DNA of 63,894 nucleotides, counting the filler, from Alloascoidea hylecoeti (Eukaryota): assembly GCA_001600815.1 (NCBI GenBank). It is 8 parts of 5 records of this genome, joined end to end, with 100 filler letters (N's around TTAATTAATTAA, not from the genome) between each part and the next. Parts side by side here need not be neighbours in the genome. Positions count along the whole stretch, not along the records: positions 1 to 1,595 come from BCKZ01000001.1; positions 1,696 to 3,116 come from BCKZ01000001.1; positions 3,217 to 21,276 come from BCKZ01000002.1; 5 more parts are not named here. One strand, given 5' to 3'. A program made the position numbers and the translations under genes. This document shows, one piece after another, positions 1-13,464 of the stretch (positions are counted from its first letter, which is position 1; each line of letters starts with the position of its first letter). The notes beneath the pieces were generated by a model. The model ran no database searches. It was not told the origin of the DNA and saw only the letters and a program-made list of their open reading frames with translations.

Positions 1-136
1 TATGATTCGATTATTAGGGAAGCGCCCATTTGTGGAAAGAAATGATGCATTTGACAAATATCTGGCAGATGCTGAAATTGAAGTTGAAAAAAATACTGTC
101 AATAAAAATAAGCCAGAAGAACACAAAAATACATGA
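1..136 (+). CDS. YTA12: 3' end of mitochondrial m-AAA protease subunit (Yta12-like), partial
   Basis: Frame 2-136 reads [21 protein letters not shown]...*, matching the Yta12/Afg3 C-terminal motif ([17 protein letters not shown]). Puf3-type TGTATATA at 200-207. Confidence 0.8.
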   Translation, partial: MIRLLGKRPFVERNDAFDKYLADAEIEVEKNTVNKNKPEEHKNT

Positions 137-422
137 GCACTGAAATATTGACACCTGTTACGATGAATTTCAATGCTGAATTGATGACAGATGCCATATT
201 GTATATAATTATAAGAAGTTCATGACCAAATCTAAATATTTATATTTTACAAGTTGGCCTAATAAAAGATATGGCCTAACACCCGTTCTCCCACCTATTT
301 TTTTCGTCATCAAATCAAGTTGTTGTAGCTTCCAGAAAACACTAGTTCTTCACTTCGTCAATTAATCATTAGAAACTCATACAAGTTAGAGACCATCTAT
401 ACAATTAGTATATGGCCTTAAC

Positions 423-1595
423 ATGATTAGACCCAAATTATTGCAACCTGTGGTTGTTAGGAGTTTAGGGCTTTGGACAACCGGTCTGAGGGTTGCCACA
501 TCTTCACCAACTAATTATAAATCATTAACTAAAATGAGACTTGGTCAATCGATTTCTAGAAACCTTATGTTTCCTAGGAAATTTACAACTTATTCTACAT
601 GTTATTTTAAGCATTCTTTTTATCTTCAAAATTTGAAGCCCAATAAACTCGACTTTCCAGAACCAACAGATTCTGAATGGGAAACATTATCGGATTACGC
701 CAAATTAGAAATTATCAGAAACCAAACTATAAAGCAAGACTTACTAATCTATCAAAATAAACTAACCACTGGTTACTGGATGAAAAAATATTATGTTGAT
801 TATATGAAAACCTTTTTTTCTCTAAAAGGTTTCTCTGAAGAATCAGAAGCACACCGGAAAACGATATACAAGAACATTAGACGAGTCTTAGAAATTGATG
901 CAAAAGTAACTTCCCAACGGATTGAATTTTCTCTCAAAAGAAAGGAGACCTTAATAAGTCAAAAACAATTTGATTACAAGGCCAAAGACTATACACATGA
1001 GTTTCCATCAGTTCCAGACTTTATCCGAGATCGAAAACCAGTGTATATCATAGCTTATTATAATCCAGCTACATGGACTCAAAGAAATACAGGGTTAAAT
1101 GATGAAGAACTTCTGAATCAGCAAAATAACTATAAGGACAATGTAACCGATAAGTTAAAAAACAATAAAGAAACTAAAGAATCGAGTGACAGAAGTAAAA
1201 AGCCCATTGACGAAACAGACAAATCCTCGAAATCCGCGTCAGAAGACAGCGAAAATAAAGGTAAATCGCCATCTCAGGGTATACCTGGCTTTGCAAATTT
1301 TAATACTCCCTTTTTCTGGATCGGGTTCTTATTTGTTTTTTTCCCAATAATCTCTTCGCTATTAAGTTCTTCGGATACAGAAAGTCTGAATTGGCAAACT
1401 TTCAGAGTAAATTACTTGGATAAGAATCAAGTGAAGATGATAACTGTTGTAAACAAGGTATTAGCTCGTGCTGAATTGTACCAGGATGGTAGAACGGTCC
1501 AATTTGATATCCCATCAGTTGAGGCATTTGAAAGAAAACTAGAGGAGGCCCAAAATGAAAATGGCACACCACAAGAATCTAGAGTTCCCGTAAAT
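423..1595 (+). CDS. Second m-AAA protease subunit (Yta12/Afg3 family), 5' part, cut by gap
   Basis: Basic/hydroxylated presequence, TM1 (FFWIGFLFVFFPII) and FtsH intermembrane domain (LNWQTFRVNYLDKNQV..VVNK..FDIPSVEAFERKLEEAQ..RVPV). Confidence 0.8.
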
Positions 1596-1695
1596 NNNNN
1601 NNNNNNNNNNNNNNNNNNNNNNNNNNNNNNNNNNNNNNNTTAATTAATTAANNNNNNNNNNNNNNNNNNNNNNNNNNNNNNNNNNNNNNNNNNNN
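1596..1695. other. Assembly gap with artificial TTAATTAATTAA spacer (same at 3117-3216, 21277-21376, 37799-37898, 39397-39496, 60756-60855, 62787-62886; plain N gaps at 41754-41853 and 43280-43936)
   Basis: Identical 12-mer with stops in all frames centred in 100-nt N blocks. Confidence 0.97.
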
Positions 1696-1696
1696 G

Positions 1697-1810
1697 CTAT
1701 TCTCAACTGACGAACCATTGGATATATCACAGCTACCGGATTTTAACTTTGACGATCTATTATACGAGAGTATTCATTATGATTTAGTAATGAATGATAT
1801 GCTAGATTAA
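1697..1810 (+). CDS. Possible acidic C-terminal tail of a gene emerging from the gap
   Basis: Open frame LFSTDEPLDISQLPDFNFDDLLYESIHYDLVMNDMLD*; activation-domain-like composition only. Confidence 0.3.
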   Translation, partial: LFSTDEPLDISQLPDFNFDDLLYESIHYDLVMNDMLD

Positions 1811-3216
1811 CCTTTTGACTGTTTTTCGTATGATAAATTTGTATGATAAAACTTTAACAAGCTATGACATATGTATTACTACTTTTATAAAGGTAAATAT
1901 CCTATTTTGATACTCTAGACTTAGTTATGTGATCGAAAGATATTATTTTTGAGTCTTTCAAAAAGTTGGGCCGATATGGATCAGGATATCATTGATAAAC
2001 TGATTGACTATACATAGTGCTGTACTAGTATGATAGTATTAGTGTTTTCTTTTTGGTATTTGTTGTATTTCATCTTTATATAAACATTTACGTCAAGTGC
2101 TCAATGCCTCGTAGGGGGTGGCAGCCGATCTATAGCAATAATTAGGGCGTCAACTCTAAATATAGTAGATTTAAGATGTCGTTTTATTTAGTCTAATAGA
2201 ATATCTATTTTTTACGGAATATTATGAACCATTAAAGAATAGTTTAAGGGCTTGCAGAGTATTCAGTGGGTGGTTCCAAAAAGACACGCTATATCAAAAA
2301 AGGCACTATTCTGCGAATTATATTCTGAGAATATGCGAACTGTAGTTCGAAACGAATTATGCACTATATAAAGCCTTATAGTATATTTAAATTTTCATAG
2401 ACGAAAGAGGAAGATTGTCACCACCCAAATCTTCTTGAATCTTCTTTGGCAAATATTAGAGATTTTATTCGTATTTCCTAATACTATTCTCTCCTTCGCT
2501 AGGTGCCCCTAGGTCATTCGCCCCACACTTACGAGGGGTCTCCATATTGCAATACTGTACTTGGCTTAGTAGTGGGTTGTTTTGGTGATTGTTTCGGTTG
2601 CACAAAATCTGGCTATCTCCTTCTCTTAATGGTTTCCAAGATCTCTGGAGGTTTATTTTTAACGGTTATACTAGCTTGCTCCTTTTTCTCGACTTATAGT
2701 ATTATTCAATTAGGTGGTATATTGTAAATTTCATGGCCCACCTTTTTACAGTTAATAATATATCTATTGTTGATCGAGCAAAATGGTATATGGCCTTTGA
2801 CCACTAATAATCACGGCTGATTTTGTTTGCAGGTAGTGGCAAATGCGGAGATCTCGCACTTTATTGCCTTTGGATTAGAAAGTATTAAACCTTATAAACA
2901 CCCTAGGCCTGCCTACTTAAGACACTACTTCAACTGATTAAAAATGACAATCCAACCTTCAAAACGGCAATATGCCTGTGTTATTTGTAGAAGACGGCGA
3001 ACAAAAGTATGTTTCTCTGTGCATGTTATAGTCTTCTGACAAATTCAGAAACCAATATTAATACTAACATATAACTTATATAGTGCGATAAACAGAACCC
3101 ACACTGCTCACAATGTNNNNNNNNNNNNNNNNNNNNNNNNNNNNNNNNNNNNNNNNNNNNTTAATTAATTAANNNNNNNNNNNNNNNNNNNNNNNNNNNN
3201 NNNNNNNNNNNNNNNN

Positions 3217-4526
3217 GTAAGAACAGCAGCTGAAGTAGTTGTTGAAACACCAGATGGTAAACTTGATGAAAGACCGGTAGATTCAGAAACAGCGGCTAAA
3301 GAACTGGCTGTAAAACCTGAACTATAAGCAGTAGCAGAAGCTGATCCAGAAACGATACTAGATGAAGCAACAGCAGATGAGAGACCAGAAGATTCAGAGA
3401 CAGCGGCTAAAGAACTGGCTGTGAAACCTGAACTATAAGCAGTAGCAGAAGCTGATCCAGAAACAATACTAGATGATGCAACAGCTGAAGATGAGATAAG
3501 AGCCGAATAATCAGCAGTGGATGAAGCTGGACAGTCTGTAACATCCGAAGCACAAGATGTAATAGTAACAATCAAAGTACTATAATCTTCATATGTAGAT
3601 TCAGACGAAATGACTACATTTCCTGATGTAGAAACAAATGTAGCAGTCGATGTAACAGTAAGAACAGCAGCTGAAGTAGTTGTTGAAACACCAGATGGCA
3701 AGCTTGCAGAAACAGCAGCAAGTGAACTAGATTGGGATAAAAATGACGGTGATGATGAAGAAGCCAAAACAACGGAACTTGACTCGCCAGCGAGAGAAGA
3801 GGTGGCATAACCAGATGATGAAAAAGCATTACTAGCAACAGATGATTCGATAACACTTCCCGACTTTGTACTAGCGCTTAAAATGACACTCGAAGAAGGT
3901 AAAGTCACAGCGTATGAATCATATGATGAAGTCATAGTGGCAGGGATTGTACTTCCAACGGGTATAGTTGTTGTTAATGTCAATATAGTAGCAGAACTAA
4001 CAGTATAAGTGTCAGAACCATGGGTTACAGTGGTAGCTTCAGGACAATATGTTACAAATGTTGTGACAACATGAACTTCATCGTTATCATCGGTAACAGT
4101 ACCAATTGTAGCAGAAGCAGAGACAGATACAGAAGCGGAAGCGGAAGCAAGAGCAGAGGAAGCGTATAAAGAGCTAGATTGAGAGATAGCATCTAAAGAA
4201 CCAGATTGCAATTGAGAAGAACTATAGACGGAAGCGGAGTATGCATCGTATGAAGTTGAAGCAGATATGGTAGCAGGAATGGTACTTCCAACAGGTAAAG
4301 TTGTTGTTAATGTCAACTCAGTTGCAGAAGTGACTGTATAAGTATCTGAACCATGAGTTACAGTAGTAGCTTCAGGACAGTATGTTACAAATGTTGTAAT
4401 AACATGAACATCATTGTTTTCATCGGTCACAGTACCTAGGGAAGAGGTTTGGGTTGTAGCGTTGTAGTTGTAGGCGAGGGAGGAACTTACAAGAGTAGTA
4501 AGGGCAGAAATGAAGGATAATTTCAT
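3217..4526 (-). CDS. Secreted Ser/Thr-rich cell wall protein/adhesin (Sed1/Ccw12-like and flocculin type-3 repeats), 3' part lost in gap
   Basis: Signal peptide MKLSFISALTTLVSSSLA; two TTFVTYCPEATTVTHGSDTYTV units; TIVTITSC..DCP-like unit; extreme S/T/A content. Confidence 0.85.
3280..3495 (-). repeat. 111-bp (37-aa) intragenic tandem repeat, 2 copies; 3217-3258 also recurs at ~3658-3698
   Basis: GAACTGGCTGT at 3301 and 3412; SSAVASSSIVSGSASATAYSSGFTASSLAAVSES twice. Confidence 0.85.
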
Positions 4527-6093
4527 TTTTTAATTCAATATTTCAAAGTTGATAAGTTTTAATTCAATTGCGTTTCAAAGTTGATTTGATCTAAAGAGTG
4601 AAAAAATATAGATAAAGTAGTTTGAACAAGTCCAGCTTGCTTTTTGAAATGAAGGTTAGATAAAAAAAGAGGTGGATGATGGAAGAAAGAAAAAAAAGGG
4701 AAAGAGTCGTAGATATTTGACATATTTATAAAGCTGATAGGGTCTAAATGGTTAAACAGCTCTAACATATCTACATGAAACACTTCACATCATGGCATAT
4801 TTTTTGTTTATCTTATGCTTCTATTACGCTCAAGACTGTTACAACCAGCCTTTGTCGTTTTCATATTAACACAATTATACTATAATATAATTTAATATTC
4901 AATCATATGACAGCCCAAATATATCAGAAATTCATAATATAGCATAATATAGCCTCATTGTGTAATGATCATTAAATGATTTGACGTAAAACTTGACAGC
5001 TTATTTCAACAACAGAAAAGGGCGTGTATTAATATTAGTAGTAGTTATGCGACTTTGTATGTTCTTTCGTTTCTTTAGTCTCAGTAATGGATGGCACCAC
5101 AAGCTTGGTGGCCTTAAAAGAATATCTTAAACTTTTGTTTTCCATAAAATAACCTATGAGTTTGATATATAATAAATCTCTTTCAATTCCAAATTAATGT
5201 GTTACATAACAATTATAATAATTGTTTTAGCTGAAATTTTTAACATTGCAATTCCAATTGGTACCAGTTTTCTTTAAAATTGAATATTCTAACATGAATT
5301 TTTTAAAACGGGGGCTTCTCGAAAAAAAAAGAAATTGAAGCTCGTATGTCTATTAACGTTATAGTGTAAGATTCAGTAATGCTATAATTAATTTTTTTTC
5401 ATATATTTGTCTTAATACGGTTATATTAGTATATTATCGTTAATTTGATTTAGAAATTCATCAAAAAATAAATTTAATAAATTTAATATATTGATGCCTT
5501 TATTGATGTTATAATTATGCCCATATCAAGTTTAAGCTTAATTGATAGCACGCCTGGAGCTTCAAAGAATATTTTAAATTTAATCACCAGCTGAAAATAT
5601 AACAAGTAACATTTTTGAGACCATATATTGTTTGAAAGTTATGAGATATCTGTAGGTTTCCTTTTTTGAAATGATCTAGAATTTATCTTATTACAAGGTG
5701 AAGTGAAACAATACAGTAAAATCATCATGCTTGAAACTTGAAACTAAAAAAAAACACAGCGAATAATGCTTTTTGTTACCCGGCTATTTAAATATTAATA
5801 AACTTTTCAAAACCCTTAAACACAAAGCATTTTGTGGAGACAGTTGCACATATTCTAGAAAACCTTTAGTAGTCAGTTTATAAAGGGTCCAGAAATTATT
5901 AAGAAACAGTTTCTATTATTAGTTATTTCAAATTACGCTAAAGCGTTAGGTGATCTTTTAACAGTCAATCAACTTTAAAGGGATTATTTAATAGAGGAAA
6001 AAACAAATATCAATATTAGACAATACAAATCTCTTACCATTACAACTAATTATAAAAAATCAAACAAATTATAAAAGTTATATAATATTTATA

Positions 6094-6462
6094 ATGGCGA
6101 GATTATCAGGGCTACAACGAGAAGGTAATACAAATTAAAATCCAAGGCAATGATTTATCAGGACCTAGAACTAACCCCTTCGTTGTCATTAAACATAGTG
6201 TTGAAGCTTTATAGAAGTTGTTTCCGAGCCGTTAGAAGCAAACCTGAAGAAAATAGAATAAATTTTCGACTTTATATTCGGTATGTAATCAATATTCTAA
6301 AGATACGAATTGGAGAAGATATATTAACCAGCAGACAGAGAGGAGTTTGGCAGGTACCGGGGGTTACCCAAGAAGGACTTTGCGACGATTGAGCATTTAT
6401 TGAGAAAAGGTTATCGCCAAGTAGAAATCCTCTCCGCGGAGGGAATTAAAAATGTCCATTAA
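6094..6462 (+). CDS. SDH6: LYR-motif succinate dehydrogenase assembly factor (SDHAF1); exons 6094-6124, 6199-6280, 6339-6462
   Basis: Spliced product MARLSGLQREVLKLYRSCFRAVRSKPEENRINFRLYIREEFGRYRGLPKKDFATIEHLLRKGYRQ...; introns GTAATA..TAG and GTATGT..CAG. Confidence 0.9.
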
Positions 6463-6480
6463 GAATTTAAGATTACTCAG

Positions 6481-6645
6481 CACGTGTAATGCATGCACGC
6501 CGCCCAATGAGGTATTGCCCGCATTCGGCCTGCTAGAAGCGGCCCAAAGCGGTAATTCTTGGTTTCAGCTGACGCGTCTGGGCGGTCTGAACGGGTCGTT
6601 TGGGGTGTTGGAGGGCTTGTGTGTGACCCCTGAGCGGGTCGTTAA
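6481..6645. promoter_or_regulatory. GC-rich putative regulatory region upstream of RGA1-like gene
   Basis: CACGTG 6481-6486, ACGCGT ~6572-6577, direct repeat TGA(A/G)CGGGTCGTT at ~6588 and ~6631. Confidence 0.4.
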
Positions 6646-6926
6646 CGTACCGGATCAATTCTGTGTTTAAAATTTGGAGGATTATAAACCTCTTTTCAAA
6701 ATTTTTGTCTCCGTATCTTTTACATTTTCGACTTATACTTATATATAAATAGATTGTTCTTTTTAATTTAAGGAGGTTGGACTTTTTTCTTTGTTCGGGT
6801 TTTTGTTGATTCTATCCATTATATTATATTATTAATTCTATTTTTATAAATAACAGTTCAGTTTCTTTGTTTAACTTGACCGCAATACATTTATACACAA
6901 TTATCCAAAAATAAATACCACCATAA

Positions 6927-9900
6927 ATGCTCACCGATCCTGATTCTGAAAAATGTGAGAAGTGCTCTTTGGTACGTAGTTATTATTTATTTGGAAGCAT
7001 TTGGCATCCTCTGGTAATTTTTACTAATCTAAGCCATATTTCGCACTTGCAGCCGCTTGCTGACCAGGAAGCCTATGAATTAGGTATGTTTACAATTCAA
7101 AACGTTTCTTATTAACTAAACTAACTTCATTTTTCTTCTTTCATTGGATATTAGGAGGTTTTAAATGGCACATTAAATGTAGGTTTTATCAATTAACCAT
7201 CTACATCATCATCTAGCAACTAACAAATATTATTAGGCTTCCATTGTGTCAACTGTAAGACCTCATTGGATGGGGATTCCAACTTCTTAATTCTGGACAA
7301 TGGTTCATTAATTTGTGAAGATTGTTCATATAAATGCATATCTTGTGGTAAAAAAATTAATGAATTTGCAATTTTAACTGGTGATAATGAAGCATATTGT
7401 CCTGAATGTTTCATATGTCGAAACTGTGGTATTAGAATCAATGATTTAAGCTACGTGAGAACATCAAAAGGTTTAATTTGCATAAATTGTCATGAAAAGA
7501 TACTAGCTAAAAAGAAGCGACATCAAGAACGTAAAGCTGCCAGAGAACGGGAAAAATTAAAACAACTTCAGCATCATATTCAGTTTCAACAGCAGTTAAT
7601 TTTAAAGGAAGAAGTAAGAGAAAAGGAAAAGGAGAAGGAGAGGGGAAAAGAGAGAGAAGGTTCGAAAGAGAATCTTCGAGAGAAGGAGAAAGATGGAGAA
7701 CATAAAGATGGATTGTCAAGGTCACTTTCAACCTTCTCAACATTGAAGAGGCGAATTTCTACGAAAAGGTCTACGAAACATCGACAGAATATAACTAACA
7801 TTCTTCAAGACGCGACACCAAAACCGCAGCCACAAACACAAACACTACATGATGAACACAACGCTAACGCGCATACAACACCACAAAGACATTCCACTGA
7901 ACCATCTCATCGTCCAGCTCCCAGCGATAAGTCCCTACCGGAACTCCCGCTAAGTGCTCTCAATAAGGTTTCCACTAGAATTCCCGCGTCAACGGCTGAA
8001 ACAACAATTAAACCTTTTTCAAAAAAATCTGCCACTACTGACACCTTATTGGTCGCTCCGAAATCTCAGATCCTAAACCGTCGTCGTTCATGCTCTCTGG
8101 GCTCTCTCAACATGTCTTCAAGTAAAAGCAATAACGGGGAGGATTTTGGACTTCCGGCTTCTTTTGATTTCGATAACCCTCAATTCCCTGAATCCCCCAG
8201 AACACCTCCACTCGAATGTGATCTAAAATCAAAATCGCGAACAATATCCGCAATCAATCATCCTAGTAATGAGAACCCAGCATCTAAATCTAAACCTGCA
8301 CGTCCTGAGAACATTCCAAGTATACAAATGGAGTTGGATACCCTATCAGCAAATGATACAACTAGATCACCTGTTGCTCGTAGTCCAATGGGGTATCTAA
8401 ATAGAAAAGCTCGGGTTATTCAAAAAGAGGATTCAAGTCCTTCAACTCCATCTGATCAAGATAATGTTGATCCACAAACAAGATCAAGATCAAGATCAAA
8501 ATCTGCGCTAGTTGTTCAAGGCCCATTATTAACGTCATCAATTCCGAATGAAGATTATAAATCGATTGTTAAATCTCCACCTTCAGATAATAATAAAGAA
8601 AATGATAATGATATTTCAGGTTTAGCTATTAAATCATCTGAGACTTTACCTGAAACACAACCTATGGGCATAACAATCACGAATTCATCACCTTTTTCTA
8701 ATAATGATTATATAATATCACAAGAAATTGAATTTGACACAAAAACATTGGACTTACCATTCAGTGCACCATTACCTGATATAAGTTATTACTCACCATT
8801 TGTTTCAAATCAAAATGAAACAAATCAAAATCTTGGAATCAATCTTGATAATAATAATAAAATTAAAAATAGAAATAAACATTTATCTACATTGCAATAT
8901 CATCGAAAAAATAAATCAGATTTAACTGATATAAATCTTTCATCCCAACCTCTTATATTAAAATCTAGATCAAGATCAAAATCTCAATCTCAAGCACAAG
9001 CACAACAAGAACAATCAAATAACACTAATGATATATCATTTTCCAGTATATTAAAATCCCCCAAAACTCCAATAGGATCAATTTTCCAAAGGCATAGAAG
9101 AAATCAAAGTGGTAATGCTACAAATTCACATTCTAAACAAAGTAGCCCACAAGTTAATTCTGATAATATTAACAATGATAACATTAGTGTTTTTAATACA
9201 TCAATTTCAAATCCGGTATTACAATCTAGTTCAATAGTGCCAATTGAAACAATATCACTTTCAGAAAGATCCATTCCGTTATCTCCAGATGAAAATTTCC
9301 ATTCACAACAACTAATTTTAAAAGATGCATCAACAGAAACAACAAATGATATATCATCTTTAGGATTAACAATTGAAGATATTAAAACATTATTATTAAC
9401 AAATCAACATTTAAATAATCAATTGGATTCTATTCAATCGAAAATAAATGAAAATGATTATACCAATGATTTAAAAATTACTAAAATAGATTTAGAAAAA
9501 TCAATTAAAAATTTAAGACATGATTATGATTCATTAAGATCAAGACATGATATTTTATGGAATGATGTTAAATTTTTAGAAAACCAGAAAAAACAAATTA
9601 TTAATGAAACTAAAAATTTAAGTAAAAAATTTGGTAGTTTAAGTTCATTAATTAATAATAATAATAATAATAATAAACAAATTGATAATTTAGATGTTAA
9701 ATCTGATGATGAAAGTTCAACTTCTTCATCTTCAATGAAACCACAAAATGAAGTACTTTCACCACAAACTACAGCTCCTTCAACAATCCATCCAACTTTA
9801 TTATTAAATAATAAAAGATCGTTTGAAAAATTAGAAACACATAAAGGTTCTGTTGGTTCTACTATTCATCCAAGTCTTTTATTTAGTTCGAATAGTAATC

Positions 9901-10211
9901 ATTCAAATACTGAAATTAATAAATCTGAACCAACTCAAAAAGTACCCCGTGAGCGTGAGCGTGATCATGATAATATTAGAGAAGTGACTATTCTTGGTGA
10001 TGATGAACCTGCAATTATATCATCTTATGAGGTTGTTGATACTCAAAAAGTTAGAAATCATGGTAAACCAAGATTTTGGAAAAGGAGAGGTGCTGCAATG
10101 GCAAAAGGATTAAATAAAGTTATTACCAATAATAATAACAGCAATCATAGTACTGATAGTACAAATAATTTAAATGATGATTCTGGAAATAATAATAATA
10201 ATCTTAATAAT

Positions 10212-10251
<40 letters not shown>

Positions 10252-11069
10252 CTAATACGTTTTGGGGAAATACAAATAAATCAATTAATCAATCTAAAAG
10301 TGCAAATAGTATAAATGCATTCCTTAATGGTTCGAGCAATAGAAAGTCTATAATGTTTCCATTGTCATCGACTACATTTAACAACAACAATAACAATAAT
10401 AATAATATTAATTCTAATGGTAATAATGATAATGACAATGTTGATCCAGAAAGAATATTTGGAGCACTTTTAATTAGTAGGGCTGAATTAGAAGGTAATA
10501 ATGTTCCATTTATTGTTAAAAGATGTATTGAAGAAGTTGAATCAAGGAAATTAAATGAAGAAGGTCTTTATCGTAAATCAGGAGGTAGATCACAAATAGA
10601 AACAGTTGAAAATACATTTATTGCAGTTGGATCATCAAATGAAAATCAAAAAGTTTTGGAAAAATTATTTAAAGAAGGTGATATTGATACTCATTCAATA
10701 ACAAGCGTTTTGAAAAAATATTTTAGATATTTACCTGAACCAATTATACCTTTTAAAAATTATGATCAATTTATAAAATTATCTTTTAATAATGAGAGTT
10801 ATAATAATGAATTGATAAGATTTAAAATCTTTTTACAAAAATTGCCATTACAACATCGTGAAACATTAAAATTATTAATGAAACATTTATCTCTTGTTGT
10901 TAAGTATCAAGAAAAAAATCTTATGAGTTCAAGGAATTTAGCAGTTGTTTTCGCTCCAACTTTAGCTTGGTCAAAAGAAGGTGGTAGTGAAAAGGAAATT
11001 GCTGATATAAAGGGTAAAAATGATTCAATTCAATTTCTTATTGAACATTACAGTGAGATTTTTGATTAA
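6927..11069 (+). CDS. RGA1: LIM-domain RhoGAP (Rga1/Rga2 family); exons 6927-6971, 7053-7083, 7155-7178, 7237-11069
   Basis: Spliced N-terminus CEKCSLPLADQEAYELGGFKWHIKCFHCVNC completes the first LIM domain; second LIM; coiled coil; C-terminal RhoGAP (EGLYRKSG, NLMSSRNLAVVFAPTL). Confidence 0.88.
10188..10250 (+). repeat. (AAT)n microsatellite encoding poly-Asn
   Basis: Long AAT run; shorter runs near 9652-9675 and 10380-10410. Confidence 0.9.
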
Positions 11070-13169
11070 TTATAAACATTTTACATATAATATATTCAGG
11101 TTCAAGCTTAAAATTACAAGCTTAAAATTCTGTGTTTTTTAGTTTGGTTTTATTTTATTTTAATTTAGAATATTGCTTTGATTTTATTTTTGTTTATTTC
11201 TTGGTTACATGTTTGCTTTATGTTATTAATTATTTGTTTGTAGGATATAAGATTCTATTCTCAAATTTGTTTTCTACTACGTATTTTTGGAATTTTCTTT
11301 TAAATTTTCATTATTTTTTATTCTTTAATTCAAATCACTTCGTTTTAAATTTGTCCTTTACAAAATTCAACTTTGTTAAATTATATAATTCTTCATCTTT
11401 TTATTTTATAATTCAATTCACAAAAGCTCAATTATAAGGAGTATAGTCAGATATATTAGCTTGACTACAAGTACCAATTGTGAAAAGATACAGAAAACTA
11501 AAATCATTATATTGACGTTTGTTGTTTAAACTTGCAATTTGCAATTTTGATATTATATAAATTAAATACTAATTATAAGTTATAATCATAATTTATACAA
11601 TTTTTTGGTGTGCGCGCATGTGTAATTAGTATAGTATCTTTCTCTCCCAAAGTTCATCAATCTCAGGATAGATTTCTGCTGATTATAATTGCTAGTGGAA
11701 TTTTAAAAATGATGGATTTGAAGTAATTATTGAAATTGTGTTAAAATGTAAGCTAAACATCTCTTAGCATAAACTTTAATGGACGCAGTTGTAACCGCTT
11801 AAACTCACATATGCATAATAAAATACAACCATGAGTTAATCCTTTATCAACATTCCATTCTCACTTCACTACCCCACTCATGAGTCAGGACTTCTGGTAT
11901 CATCAGACTTCTATGCTTTATGATCATCTTTTTGGACTTATATCAATCATCTCAAGGTATCCCTACTTTTGCGATGAGTATGTGGGGCGACTTGGGCTAG
12001 GGCTATACAGTATGTGGTAAATATCTGAAAAGTTGGTGCTTCTTATTGAGAATAATTATATTATTTGGAGGTTAAGACTTCGTTGAAGTTGTTATTTCAT
12101 TAAATTAACGAAATCTATATTTATGTTTAAAGACTTTCAAGTATATTTACAATTTAGGGATATTATTTAGCTTTCTGTGGACCATTCGTCTGCCTTCACT
12201 CTTTTCGACTGCTATCAGTCTGTTTCTCGTTTGTCAGCTTTTCTATAACTTATTCTTTATTTTAAGCCATATTATTCGTTGTTTTCATTATATTGGAATA
12301 GTCCTGTTCTCTGATATCATTTGATGAGGATTAGTCCAGTTCTTTGTTCAAACAGAATAATGGGGAACTAGGTACTTAGTATAGCTTGGTAGTCCTTTAT
12401 GAATATTATAGAATGTAGTTATTTTGAAAGTTATTCTCTAGTGTCAGTGATGGAATTACCGATTATAATTGGAGAGAATCCGCATTCTTTAAGGATGATC
12501 CAGAGTTTGTATTGTGATACTGTATATTGTTTTATCTTGGTGTATTACAATTATTTAGTATTCCCCAATAAAGCTATATTTACTACTTTATTTATAAATA
12601 CTACAACTTCGATGCTTTGAGAATTCTTGGTATATATACAATATACGCGTAACTTTGAGTTATTTAAATACCTTTTCTCTCTAAACAAGTTCTCAGCTTT
12701 CTAATGGTATAGTGGATATATTACTTCCAATTCTACTTTTACGACTATAAAATTATAATATTAAGCGTAAAATCTATCTTAACTACTAAGAAACGGACAA
12801 TATATATGATATAACGTAATATTATTATTGTGGTGTCTCCTTTCATGGACACAAACGAAAATTTCACTTTTCTACAAAAAAATCTACAGCTAATTAATAG
12901 TTATAAAACAGCATTTTAATAATCTATCTTCAGTCACAAATAATTTTGTTTCAATTACCAGATACAATGCTAAAAAAATAAGATTTTTATTTTACAGCCA
13001 TGAAGGCACCGTAATAATGTTAAGTTGTATCAGAGTGTCCGTTTATTAGTTAAGGGGAAAAAATATTTAGTTTGCCTCTTGAATGCCGGTTAAGTAAATG
13101 AGATATCGAGCCTTATTTGACAATCAAGAAAGTTTAATACACAGAATATCCCAAGTATATCGTACAGGT

Positions 13170-13464
13170 TAGTTATGGGCACCATTTACGGGAAACGTTG
13201 ATTTTGGGGGTTTATCGTCCGTAAGGGTTTCCGTAGGCCATTTTTCTTTATCGTCTGTACATTTTCCGTAACCGTATTCCGTACATCACCTGATGCACTA
13301 CGTGGATTTGTAGCTGAACTCACTAACACAGTCTCATGTACAGATATCAGCGTATATATATCTTTCGTGAAATTTCCGTGAAAATATTTCTCCGTAAATC
13401 GCTGCAAAAAAAAGCTCGATTTTCCGTAAGAATTTCTGTAATTCGTATTCCGTACCCAACACTA
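13170..13464. mobile_element. Non-autonomous hAT-like MITE, 295 bp
   Basis: Imperfect TIRs TAGTTATGGGCAC / TAGTGTTGGGTAC (rc); 8-bp flanks GTACAGGT and GTACAGTA; many internal TCCGTA-type motifs. Confidence 0.65.

Noticed and set aside
1640..1651. Recurrent TTAATTAATTAA palindrome as a biological repeat
   Set aside because: Always centred in 100-nt N blocks; scaffold spacer.
2400..2735. Possible gene or pseudogene
   Set aside because: GTG-start short ORF and stop-riddled antisense frame; nothing recognisable.
11132..11437. 101-aa Phe-rich ORF
   Set aside because: GTG start in T-rich 3' flank; no family features.
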